DNA of 64,000 nucleotides from a virus. Taxonomy: Duplodnaviria > Heunggongvirae > Uroviricota > Caudoviricetes. The stretch lies in the IMG/VR virus record IMGVR_UViG_2839610755_000002; one strand, 5' to 3'. Below the pieces are notes generated by a model. It was given only the letters and a program-made list of their open reading frames with translations. It did no database searches and was not told the DNA's origin. Shown here in pieces: positions 1 to 12,200 of the stretch. The stretch's first letter is position 1. Each line of letters starts with the position of its first letter. The position numbers and the translations under genes were made by a program.

Positions 1-1
1 A

Positions 2-1363
2 CCAGCTATTGACTGGTTTTCCATTCGCCCAACCAGGGTGAAAGCATTCCTTAGCGCGGCGCATTCGGCATCACCATTGGCAGAAATGGTTCAGAGGTTA
101 TCGCTCATATTCACAGACCATACCGCGTTGGGTGATCTGACTCTGGACGAGATGAAAGAAGCCTCCATTCAGTGGGCCGATCAACAAAATGAGGTTAACT
201 CAGACTTCTTGCCAGCATTCAGGAAGGCCGTTAGTAAAGCGGATGATGCCCGTGGAATTCTGAAGGCATTTAAGGCATTGCAAAGTCGGGTTAATAAACA
301 TGTCGGTGATATCGATGGGGTAACGGCGGAAGGCAGGGATATCCTTAAAGAGCACGGCATAACGCCAGAGTTTATTGATGAGATCAGGACGGATATGCAG
401 CGTGAGGTCGTATCGTCCCTGCAAATTGTAGTCAGAGCGTTGGCGGATGCTAATCCGAAGAGTGCGGCCATTGTTAACCGGGTTATTGGTGATATTGAAG
501 CATCGGAGGGCATGGGGGCGCTGAAACACTTCCTTTCGCGAGCGTTTAATCCTAACGGCAATATTCTCCCCGGCATTATTGGTGAGGCTAAAAAGTATGT
601 CAGCGAAGAAGAACTTGAGCATCTTGACCAACTACTTAAGCGATTCTCATATAACCCGCAGACACGCTGGCAAATGAATCAGCGAAGTATGGGTTCGGTC
701 CACGAGAAAGTGTTATCCGCCATGAACAGTGCGATCGCCAACTCATCCGTATCTGAAGAAAAAGCTCTTGAGTGGGCCGACTCTTTTATCACGGAAGAAG
801 TGGAAGAAGCCCGCGCTGGACAGAATGGTGGGATAGACCTGCGCAAGGAACTTGCTGATATTTATCGCCTGACCGGCGGTAAAATTTCGACCTTATCAAA
901 GGTGGTTCACCACCAGGGAAGGGCATATGCAAATCTTAATGGTGTTGTTGCTGTCAATTTGAACGATGAAAATGCAAGTGCACTGTGGCACGAGCTGGGT
1001 CATCATCTTGAGTACAGTAACCCAGGTTTGTTAGAGAAAGCCCGGTCATTCCTGAAGGCCAATGTTGAAGGGGATAAGCCATCTTTCGTCAATATCGGTG
1101 GGCGTGGCAAGCCTGAATGGTGCTTCAGATCTCGATTGAGTAATATTTATATGGCGAAGGTATACCCGCCAGCCTCAGTAAGTAACACCGGGAAAATTCG
1201 GCAGAAATCACCGACTATTTCCAAAACGTCAGCAACGGAAGTATTCTCTATGGCTCTTCAGTTGTATCATGACAAAGAGGCCGCTGCCGCATCACTGATG
1301 AATGGTGACGGATTGCTGGAACTGTTATTAGGTGTGGCAAAGGAGCTAAATAATGCAGATTAA
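2..1363 (+). CDS. hypothetical protein, 5' end outside window; C-terminal part carries an HExxH zinc-metallopeptidase-like motif (WHELGHHLEY)
   Basis: Reading frame is open from the first in-frame codon of the window to the stop at 1361-1363; HELGH motif resembles ImmA/IrrE- or SprT-type metallopeptidase cores; next gene is translationally coupled. Confidence 0.5.
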   Translation, partial: PAIDWFSIRPTRVKAFLSAAHSASPLAEMVQRLSLIFTDHTALGDLTLDEMKEASIQWADQQNEVNSDFLPAFRKAVSKADDARGILKAFKALQSRVNKHVGDIDGVTAEGRDILKEHGITPEFIDEIRTDMQREVVSSLQIVVRALADANPKSAAIVNRVIGDIEASEGMGALKHFLSRAFNPNGNILPGIIGEAKKYVSEEELEHLDQLLKRFSYNPQTRWQMNQRSMGSVHEKVLSAMNSAIANSSVSEEKALEWADSFITEEVEEARAGQNGGIDLRKELADIYRLTGGKISTLSKVVHHQGRAYANLNGVVAVNLNDENASALWHELGHHLEYSNPGLLEKARSFLKANVEGDKPSFVNIGGRGKPEWCFRSRLSNIYMAKVYPPASVSNTGKIRQKSPTISKTSATEVFSMALQLYHDKEAAAASLMNGDGLLELLLGVAKELNNAD

Positions 1364-1673
1364 AATCGCAGCGCCATTAGGTGGAGATGCCATTATCGAA
1401 TTTGATGATAATGAAGAAGTTTCCGGGCGTTTAAGCATTATCTCCGGTGACATTACCGAGGACATGATCGCTGAAGCCATAGCTGGGGCAAATCCCAATA
1501 GCTATATGGGATTCGTTAACACCCTTGATGCTCCCGCAAGTGATGTTCTCCGAACGCTGCATCTTTACGCTGGCTGGTTTGTTGATTGGCCAGCAGTAGA
1601 TGGTGGCGATGAGGATGATGATGACGATGAAGAGGGTTTTAGTGATGAAACAGTCAACCAACTCTTGTATTGA
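1353..1673 (+). CDS. small acidic protein (C-terminal DEDDDDDEEG tract)
   Basis: ATG preceded by AAGGAG; overlaps upstream stop (coupled); function unknown. Confidence 0.45.
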   Translation: MQIKIAAPLGGDAIIEFDDNEEVSGRLSIISGDITEDMIAEAIAGANPNSYMGFVNTLDAPASDVLRTLHLYAGWFVDWPAVDGGDEDDDDDEEGFSDETVNQLLY

Positions 1674-1802
1674 CAGGAATTGGCATAGAATTGATTGTTC
1701 AAATTTCATCCATCACATAGACGACTTCATGTTATTTGCCTGATAATTATGGCCTTAATAACCCATGTATATCTTTTGGGTTATATTCTTATCTTTAACA
1801 AG

Positions 1803-1848
1803 GTTATAAGAGCGACAATGATAAATTTATCACTATCGCTCTTATAAC
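1803..1848. repeat. 46-bp near-perfect palindrome (23-bp arms, 3 central mismatches) in AT-rich convergent intergenic region
   Basis: gttataagagcgacaatgataaa / tttatcactatcgctcttataac read directly; lies between the 3' ends of two convergent ORFs. Confidence 0.6.
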
Positions 1849-1876
1849 TCTTTGTTAGCTATAGCTTTAAACAAAT

Positions 1877-2164
1877 TTAGTTTTGAGGCAATGCAACAAA
1901 AGTCAGCTCTTGATCTTTGATTAATGCTTTTGTTTGTTTGGATGTAATTCCCACTTTAGTTTTTACATCATTGTGGAGCTTCTTATACGCTTTTATTTCA
2001 TCTGCTGTATATCGGAAGCCATTTGCACTGTTACTGGACAGTTGAAGTGCGATTACGTCATCACTGACACCCGCATCGCTTAGCTTAGCTATGCGGGTAA
2101 TAGTGTGGCCTGCGCGAGTGTTTGTGGTGGATATTTTGTCTAAGAAATTGTTCAGTTTTTCCAT
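1877..2164 (-). CDS. hypothetical 95-aa protein
   Basis: ATG with AAGAGG RBS; own AT-rich upstream region; no recognisable domain. Confidence 0.45.
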   Translation of the reverse strand: MEKLNNFLDKISTTNTRAGHTITRIAKLSDAGVSDDVIALQLSSNSANGFRYTADEIKAYKKLHNDVKTKVGITSKQTKALIKDQELTFVALPQN

Positions 2165-2382
2165 TGTTTACAACCTCTTACTTGAGTTTATTGCCAGTAG
2201 AATTGCCACTATTCTTTTGCCTCAACGAATCACAATGTACTGGAATAAGAAACTATGAGCAATACTTACGCTTTGCGAATACAGAAGATGAATAATCAAC
2301 TTATTACTAAAATGTTAATAATATTATTCTGTTACATAGTGTTCGCTATAACAATCGGGAGTTGAATGCTAATTCAATAAAT

Positions 2383-2412
2383 AAAGAACCCGCCAATTGG
2401 CGGGTTCTTTTT
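2383..2412 (-). terminator. rho-independent terminator-like hairpin, usable in both directions
   Basis: AAAGAACCCGCC-AATT-GGCGGGTTCTTT followed by T-run; begins right after the stop of the 2411-3193 gene. Confidence 0.6.
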
Positions 2413-3193
2413 AATCACTTTCCACTTCTTCCGTGGTGTTTTCTTGCAGTTCTGTTAATGCAGCACGACATAGGTTCCGGGCATTGGCTATAGCCACACT
2501 TTTGACTTCATCCGTCATCGTGCAGGTAATGTACTGATCGAGTTCTTCAGCGCGGATGATGCTTTTGCCAATCAGAAACTGTATTTGCCAGAGCAGATCG
2601 GCATCCATAATCAGAATTTCTGCCGGGCCTTCAGGGCCAGCCGGGAAGGAAACATAAGACTGTTTGCCCAGGCCGACAACTCGACAACTTGCTTCAAGAA
2701 TTGCGCGCTTGAGGTCTGACTTTATAACGGAAACAGGTTGATTTTCACCAGTGATTACGCCGTTGACATGGAAAGGCATGTAGCTTGAAATACGCTCCAC
2801 TTTCCACACACCAGCAAGCGATCCTTCATGCAGCACAATGGGGGTAACCGCGAGTTTCATCTCACCATATAGCTGCTGGCAGATAGCTGGATTGCTGAAT
2901 ACATCTAAAGGCTCACATTCAAACAGCGGCGCAATCTGCATGAGGTCCATCATGGTCATCCCTGGGGTACGAGCAGTAATGAATCTGCGCATACCAGTAT
3001 CCATTGCGCTCCAGATTGCTACACCATGCTTTTTGCTCACTTCTTCAGTAAAGCCAAGGTGGCACATGATGGTTTTTTCGATAGCCAGATCAGAGATCGA
3101 AACCTTTTCGCCAGGCACACCATCATTATTGATGGTCACTTCGACACTCTGACCATTACGCAGGCGGTATTGAATTGCTTTAGTATTTTCCAC
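2411..3193 (-). CDS. hypothetical 260-aa protein, last gene of the ssb operon
   Basis: GTG start with GGAG RBS; start sits 9 nt after upstream stop; no recognisable motif. Confidence 0.55.
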   Translation of the reverse strand: MENTKAIQYRLRNGQSVEVTINNDGVPGEKVSISDLAIEKTIMCHLGFTEEVSKKHGVAIWSAMDTGMRRFITARTPGMTMMDLMQIAPLFECEPLDVFSNPAICQQLYGEMKLAVTPIVLHEGSLAGVWKVERISSYMPFHVNGVITGENQPVSVIKSDLKRAILEASCRVVGLGKQSYVSFPAGPEGPAEILIMDADLLWQIQFLIGKSIIRAEELDQYITCTMTDEVKSVAIANARNLCRAALTELQENTTEEVESD

Positions 3194-3199
3194 GTTAAA

Positions 3200-3877
3200 T
3201 CACTCCACTACAAACCAGTCACATGCCAGTAAGTCGCCTACAGAAGGAACCCACGGAACAACTACACCTTGTGCATTTTTTAAGGCGAAATAAGCACCAT
3301 ACGGAACGAGGTCGCCGGGGAAATATCCCTTAATGGCTTCCATTCGTGCCGGGTACTGTCCTTCAGGAACCAGCCAGCAGAATTGGTTTTCGCCGTTCCA
3401 CCCGCGTCGGGCAACTTTCTTGCCATCCTTCAGCCACATCAGCGCGTCAGAAAAGTCGGCTGCTTCAAGGTCGATTTCTTCTTGTAGAGTAGCGATACCG
3501 CCAGCAGAAATAGTTACGTCCCTGGCTGTAATGAATGTCACCCCATTGTGACCTTCAATGCTGAGCGATACCCCATTTTCGAAGAAGTCGTTAGTCCGAC
3601 TAAAGCCTTCTTCAAATGTTTTTTCTGGCGAATAGGACAGAGATCCGTCCTCATAAGCGACCAGATATCCGCCAATTTCTGGTCGGTGTTTTTGCAAAAA
3701 TATTTTATCAACATGGACTTTTACCCCTTCTGGCTCAACGACTTCGATGTTGCAAAAAAGGACCACATCCATTAGGGCGATAATTTCGATATCTTTGATT
3801 TTTGAGGCGCGAACTGTTTTATGGCTTTTGTATTTTGGAAGTGCCGTCAAAAGCTCTTTCGTTGTCATGTTATTCAT
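3200..3877 (-). CDS. two-domain protein with C-terminal DUF2829 (Tad2-like) domain
   Basis: Internal ATG (MNNMTTKELL) with AGAGGAAAG RBS chosen over the longer ORF; C-terminal about 80 aa (LKDGKKVARRGWNGENQFCWL...VVVPWVPSVGDLLACDWFVVE) matches the DUF2829 pattern as I recall it. Confidence 0.6.
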   Translation of the reverse strand: MNNMTTKELLTALPKYKSHKTVRASKIKDIEIIALMDVVLFCNIEVVEPEGVKVHVDKIFLQKHRPEIGGYLVAYEDGSLSYSPEKTFEEGFSRTNDFFENGVSLSIEGHNGVTFITARDVTISAGGIATLQEEIDLEAADFSDALMWLKDGKKVARRGWNGENQFCWLVPEGQYPARMEAIKGYFPGDLVPYGAYFALKNAQGVVVPWVPSVGDLLACDWFVVE

Positions 3878-4074
3878 AGTCTTTCCTCTGCTTAAAACCT
3901 GATGTATTGCGCCTTCAGGTGGGTCAGGAATGTTTTCCCACCAGCGAACGCAATATCTCGGGGTGTTCTTTTCGTGAAAAGCGCGTGCCATTGCCAACTT
4001 TGGCGTTTGTTTGCGAGTTCGTGCTTTTGTCGGCGTCTGGACCACCGCTTTTCTTTCAGTCGTTTTTTACACAT

Positions 4075-4563
4075 TCAAAACGGAATATCGTCGTCAAAGT
4101 CCATTGGAGGTTCGTTATTGGCGTTGCTCTGAGGTTTACCGCCACCACTGTATTGCTGGTGGTTTTGAGGTTGGTTTGATTGCCCCCAGCCATTTGAGGA
4201 CTGTGAATCGTCACGGCGAGCGCCGATCATTTGCATGGTGCCGCCCTGGCTGACGATAATTTCCGTCGTGTAACGTTCTACACCGGCGTCATCTGTCCAC
4301 TTACGGGTTTTAAGTTTCCCTTCGATGTAGACCTGAGAACCTTTTCGTAAATATTCACTCGCAATTTCAGCAAGTTTTCCGAACAAAACGACTTTATGCC
4401 ATTCTGTTTGCTCTTTCTGTTGGCCCGTTTGCTTGTCGCGCCATGATTCATTCGTTGCGATGCTGAGTCTTCCGACCGCTCCGCCATTTGGTATATACCT
4501 GATCTCCGGGTCTTGCCCCAGGGTACCAATCAGGATGACTTTGTTTACACCGCGTTGTGCCAC
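4075..4563 (-). CDS. ssb: single-stranded DNA-binding protein
   Basis: OB-fold SSB N-terminus ([15 protein letters not shown]), Gly/Gln-rich linker, acidic tail ending DFDDDIPF; GTG start with AGGTAAG RBS. Confidence 0.95.
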   Translation of the reverse strand: MAQRGVNKVILIGTLGQDPEIRYIPNGGAVGRLSIATNESWRDKQTGQQKEQTEWHKVVLFGKLAEIASEYLRKGSQVYIEGKLKTRKWTDDAGVERYTTEIIVSQGGTMQMIGARRDDSQSSNGWGQSNQPQNHQQYSGGGKPQSNANNEPPMDFDDDIPF

Positions 4564-4582
4564 TTATCTTACCTAATAAAAT

Positions 4583-4599
4583 AAATTAATTAGAGCAAT
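4583..4599 (-). promoter_or_regulatory. C1 repressor operator-like 17-mer upstream of ssb
   Basis: Minus strand reads ATTGCTCTAATTAATTT (16/17 to the P1 operator consensus). Confidence 0.6.
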
Positions 4600-4732
4600 A
4601 ATGTATATCTTTGAAACGTAGCTAACAAGTGATTTGCATTATCCTGTGCCTTCTAAAGGGATCGAGTCAGTCGGTATTGGCTGTGAATGGGTGTTTGTCC
4701 TGGAGCGTAAAAAATTCGCTTATGAGGTCTTT

Positions 4733-5290
4733 ATGAAGGGAAAAACAGCCGCAGGAGGCGGTGCAATTTGCGCTATCGCGGTGATGATTACCATCGTGAT
4801 GGGTAATGGCAATGTGCGAACCAACCAGGCGGGGCTTGAGCTTATCGGAAACGCTGAAGGTTGCCGACGTGACCCATACATGTGCCCGGCGGGTGTATGG
4901 ACTGACGGGATTGGTAATACACACGGGGTAACGCCAGGCGTGCGAAAAACTGACCAGCAAATCGCCGCTGATTGGGAAAAGAATATCCTGATCGCTGAAC
5001 GCTGTATTAATCAGCACTTCCGGGGCAAAGACATGCCCGATAATGCCTTCAGTGCAATGACAAGCGCGGCATTCAATATGGGATGCAATAGTTTACGGAC
5101 CTACTACAGCAAAGCGCGAGGCATGCGAGTAGAAACGTCCATCCACAAGTGGGCGCAGAAAGGGGAATGGGTGAATATGTGTAACCATCTCCCTGATTTC
5201 GTGAACAGTAACGGCGTGCCCCTGCGAGGTTTAAAGATTCGCCGTGAAAAAGAACGCCAGCTTTGCCTGACGGGACTGGTCAATGAATAA
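4733..5290 (+). CDS. lyz: SAR endolysin, T4-type lysozyme
   Basis: N-terminal Gly/Ala-rich signal-anchor-release segment (KTAAGGGAICAIAVMITIVMG) followed by lysozyme catalytic region (ELIGNAEGCRRD...TDGIGNT); GAGGT RBS. Confidence 0.9.
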   Translation: MKGKTAAGGGAICAIAVMITIVMGNGNVRTNQAGLELIGNAEGCRRDPYMCPAGVWTDGIGNTHGVTPGVRKTDQQIAADWEKNILIAERCINQHFRGKDMPDNAFSAMTSAAFNMGCNSLRTYYSKARGMRVETSIHKWAQKGEWVNMCNHLPDFVNSNGVPLRGLKIRREKERQLCLTGLVNE

Positions 5291-5537
5291 ACTCCGGCAG
5301 CTCCGCCGACTTTCGACAATGAAGTTATCGCTGGCGGCGATAGTTTTCGACTCGATTTTCATGGCGGTATATGTGCTCAATGAGACGTGGCCACTGGAAC
5401 CGCTATTGTATGCCGGGCTTCGGCTGTGCCTGACATTTTTGAGCATGGCTGCAAGATTGATGCAGCAGAAAGAAACCGCTTCAGATTGTCCACGCCGCGC
5501 GGTGCGCAAATATATGGCACGCAGGCGAAGGCGATAA
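5283..5537 (+). CDS. small membrane-protein ORF overlapping lyz stop (uncertain)
   Basis: ATG overlaps lyz stop (ATGAATAA); two hydrophobic segments and Arg-rich C-terminus; lies before the lyz terminator; weak RBS. Confidence 0.3.
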   Translation: MNKLRQLRRLSTMKLSLAAIVFDSIFMAVYVLNETWPLEPLLYAGLRLCLTFLSMAARLMQQKETASDCPRRAVRKYMARRRRR

Positions 5538-5550
5538 TAGTTAACGAGAA

Positions 5551-5577
5551 CCCCGGCAGCCGCCGGGGTTATTTTTG
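5551..5577 (+). terminator. rho-independent terminator after lyz
   Basis: CCCCGGC-AGCC-GCCGGGG hairpin followed by TTATTTTT. Confidence 0.6.
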
Positions 5578-5581
5578 GTGG

Positions 5582-8312
<2,731 letters not shown>

Positions 8313-8378
8313 TTAATTAGAATAATTCGCATCGTGTTTGAACGGAATTTAACACTAGTCACTTGTTAAGGATTACCA

Positions 8379-9242
8379 ATGAACAAGCTATCTATGGGGG
8401 TGTTTCGCTGTTCAAGTGTCAGCGAAATATTGAAATACATTAGGGCAATAACATCTCACCGGGCGCCGATTAAATACGGCGTGGAAAAGGTGGAAGGCAA
8501 AAGCTATGACCGACTGCGCCGGGAGGCGAATCAGAAGGCGATAGATTTGCTTAATTCGCTGGTGGACGGCGCGACACTGACAGATGAACAGCGCCAGATC
8601 CTGGCTGGGTACACCGGTGAAGGTGGCATTGGCGGGGCCGTCTCCGAATATTACACACCAAAGCCGATCGCTGAAGGCGTCTGGGAGATCATGAAGCTCT
8701 ACGGCGCGGACGTAGGTAACACTCTGGAACCATCGGCGGGAACCGGCGTTTTTAATGAGACAAAACCGGTTGGTACGGTGATGACCGCGACTGAGATCAG
8801 CAGTGTTTCCGGTCGTATAAACCAGTTGTTACACCCGGAAGACAGCGTACAGATTTCCCCGTTCGAACAGCTGGCTATAAGCACGCCTAACGATTCATTC
8901 GACCATGTTGTGGGTAACGTTCCGTTCGGCGGTCGTGATAACACACGCAACATCGATAAGCCTTACGCAGAAGAAACGGACATGGGTTCTTACTTCATGC
9001 TCCGCATGCTGGACAAGATAAAGCCTGGCGGATTCATGTGTGTGATTGTGCCGCCGTCCATTGTTTCAGGTTCAAACATGAAGCGGTTACGCCTGCGCCT
9101 ATCCCGTAAAGCTGAATTTCTTGGCGCTCACCGCTTGCCTACCGGTACTTTTGACGCAAACGGGACCAGTACGGTCGTTGATGTGGTGCTGATGCGTAAA
9201 CATCCGGCAGAGATGGCTGAGAAAATCCCCCCTGGTGGATGA
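8379..9242 (+). CDS. darB: DarB-like protein, N-terminal fragment (N6-adenine methyltransferase domain), ended by frameshift
   Basis: SAM-binding motif LEPSAGTGVF and NPPF-like motif GNVPFGG; ORF stops 4 codons after a C6 run at 9227-9232 and the downstream ORF continues in the +1 frame. Confidence 0.75.
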   Translation: MNKLSMGVFRCSSVSEILKYIRAITSHRAPIKYGVEKVEGKSYDRLRREANQKAIDLLNSLVDGATLTDEQRQILAGYTGEGGIGGAVSEYYTPKPIAEGVWEIMKLYGADVGNTLEPSAGTGVFNETKPVGTVMTATEISSVSGRINQLLHPEDSVQISPFEQLAISTPNDSFDHVVGNVPFGGRDNTRNIDKPYAEETDMGSYFMLRMLDKIKPGGFMCVIVPPSIVSGSNMKRLRLRLSRKAEFLGAHRLPTGTFDANGTSTVVDVVLMRKHPAEMAEKIPPGG

Positions 9243-12200
9243 AGGCACTCTTGAATCGGCAAATGTGCTTTGGCCAACGTTTATTTCTGGCAAGTGGTTC
9301 GAAAAGGACGGCCGCCGGTTTGTTCATGGCACCCAGGAGAAGGGTTTCCAGGGGCGTATTGAGGTTCGTGCCGACGGGCAGATTGATAACCTGGCTCTTA
9401 AAGCGAAGCTGATTCATCGTTTCGAAAGTCGTATCGACTGGTCTTTGCTCGATATGGCTGAACCGTCACCGACCGCAGATGTTGTTGATGAAGGGGAAAT
9501 GCGCCTGATTAATGGCGTATGGCAAAAATATGCTGGTGGTCGCTGGATTGAAGCTGATGCCGGGAAGGAGCTGAAGATTGATGTTGCCAGTTATGGCGCG
9601 GATAGCTGGGAGGCTCTTCAGCGTAACCTGACTACCACAGAAGGTCGTCTCGGCATGACATTTACCCAGATGGCAAATGTCCGCGATAAGTACACCACAT
9701 CAATCAGCGACGATATGGTGCAGCTGGTGGACTGGATTAACAGCCAGCCTGAAAAATACCGTGAACGCTTGTATCGCGGGGCGATGATTGGCCGGATGTT
9801 AATTGAATATCAGGATATGAAGGCCGCCGGGCATAGTGCTGAACAAATCGAACAGCAGCGCCTTTCTCTGGTATCCCGTTTGCAGGCAGAGATTGACCGC
9901 TTTGGTAATCCTGGTCGCGGTCCTATAGCGAAATTGTCGGGGAGCGGTGCGCGCGCCTGGTTTGCTTTCCGTGGTGCGATTAAGCTGGATGGCACTATTT
10001 CTGACGAGCTGACAGGAAAGCTGGTTACGCATGATTCCAGCGCCAGTTATGACTCCACCAGCTATCAGGACATCCTGCGTTATCTCTATAGCGATCTTAC
10101 CCGCGATCCAATCCAGCTCGATGATTTCCGCCTTGCGTTTACCGGCGAACTGCCAGCCAGTGATAAAGAGTTGCTTAATTTATTGGCCAGCACCCCTGGT
10201 ATTGCGGTTTCACCGTATGGCGGGATTGTTCCGTTCGCCCGCGCCACCAGCGGCGACATTAACGAGATAGTGGCTCCAAAACAGGAATTCCTCGCCACGC
10301 TCCCCGACGGTCCAGTAAAGAACAACGTCCTTAATCAGCTGGCAGCGATCGAAGAGAAGCGCATCAAGACGCCAGCAGAGAATATCCGCTTTAAGCTCAA
10401 TAGCCGTTGGTTCGACCGTTCCGTCATTCTGGAATTTTTGCAGGAAAACGGCTATCCGGATCTGCGCTATGTGCAGTCAGTGCAGCTGGAAGGCGACGAA
10501 ATGGTTTCTGACACCTATCACGGTGGTGATGGTCTGTTCGTCGGACACCGATACGGTGTCGTCCAGCGCAAGGATAAAGAAACAGGCGAGATCCGCTACG
10601 AGTGGGACCGTAAATCAGGTGAAAACGCGACCGGGTTCCCGGCACAGCTGGAAAAGTATCTCAATGGTGCGCGTATCGGTGGCAAAGATAGCGCGACGGC
10701 GAACGGCTACCGCGAGCAGATGGCACTGCTTGAGGACCAGTTCAATAAGTGGCTCAAGACGCACGATCGCTACGATGAGCTGGTTGCCAAATACAACGAT
10801 GTGTTCAATAGCAATATCCCGTATGAACACTCTGGCGATCCGCTTGGGTTGAAGGGATTAAGCGGTAAGCGCCAGCCATTTGATTACCAGAATAGCGAGG
10901 TGCGCCGACTGTCCGAAGATGGGCGCGGCATCCTGGGCTTCGGCACCGGGCTGGGTAAAACGACGACCGCGCTGGCGCTTGAGGCGTTCAACTATGAGAA
11001 CGGTCGCTCCACCCGTACTGCTTATGTAGTGCCTAAAGCAGTGCTGGAAAACTGGTATTACGAAGCAAAAGAGTTCCTGAGTGAAGAGGCATTCAGTAAC
11101 TACCTGTTCGTCGGTCTTGATGTGCTGATGGATGGCGATCAGATTCGCCAGGTGCCGGTGCTCGATGAGAACGGTAAACCTGTTCTTGGTACTGATGGCA
11201 CTCCAGTTATGCGCGATGCTCTTAAGCTGGCAGATGAAGCCACTATCACGGCGCGGATGAACGCGATCCCGCACTCAAATTACCGTGCAGTCGTGTTTAC
11301 CAAAGAACAATACGCCCGCATTCCGCTACGTGATGACACCGTAGATGAGCATGCACAAGACATGCTTTATGACTTCGTTGCTGCCGGGCGTGTGGCCAGC
11401 GCAATGGACTCCGATTCCCATCGCAAAGAGGCGGCGCGTCGCCGGGTATTGTCGGAGTATTCAGATACCGGTACCGAAAAAGCAGAGAAGTATCCGTACT
11501 TTGAGGATATGGGCTTCGACAGCGTGATTGCTGACGAAGGCCACAACTACCGCAATAGCTATAAAAATGGTCGCGAAGCGTCACAACTGGCCTATCTGCC
11601 CACCAGCGCGGTGGCGCAATCGGCGCGGGATATGGCAATCAAAAACGCGTACCTGATGAAAAAGAATGGTGGGCGCGGACCGGTTCTCCTGACTGCAACG
11701 CCAGTAGTTAACACCCCGATCGATGCATACAACATGCTTTCTCATGTGCTGCCGAAGGAATACTGGCAGAAGATGGGGATCTACGGTCCTGATGACTTCG
11801 TTAAATTCTTCGGCAAGACCAGGCTGGAAACGGTACAGAAAATCAGCGGCGAAGTTGAAGAAAAAATGGCGCTGGTGGGTTTTGAAAACCTTGATGCGCT
11901 GCGCGGCATATTCCATCGCTGGACAACGCTTAAAACGGCGGAAGACGTTAAGGATACCGTGGAGATCCCGGAACTGGACGAACACCAGCAGGATGCACCA
12001 CTTACTGAAGAACAACTGGCGGCGTATGAAGAATTGCGTCAGCAGGCGGAAGCGGCAGCCAAAGCCAACAATGGCGTAACGACCTCGGTCAATGAAGACG
12101 GCGTGATTGAGCACGAGAAAGCCCGTCCGATCTTCTCAATAATCAGGGATATGGACCGCGTATGTACTGACATGGACCTGTACTATCGCCGGATCACCTA

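Noticed and set aside
180-631. Two overlapping minus-strand ORFs (131 and 143 aa) inside the first gene
   Set aside because: Embedded antisense within a longer ORF that has a peptidase-like motif and translational coupling to the next gene.
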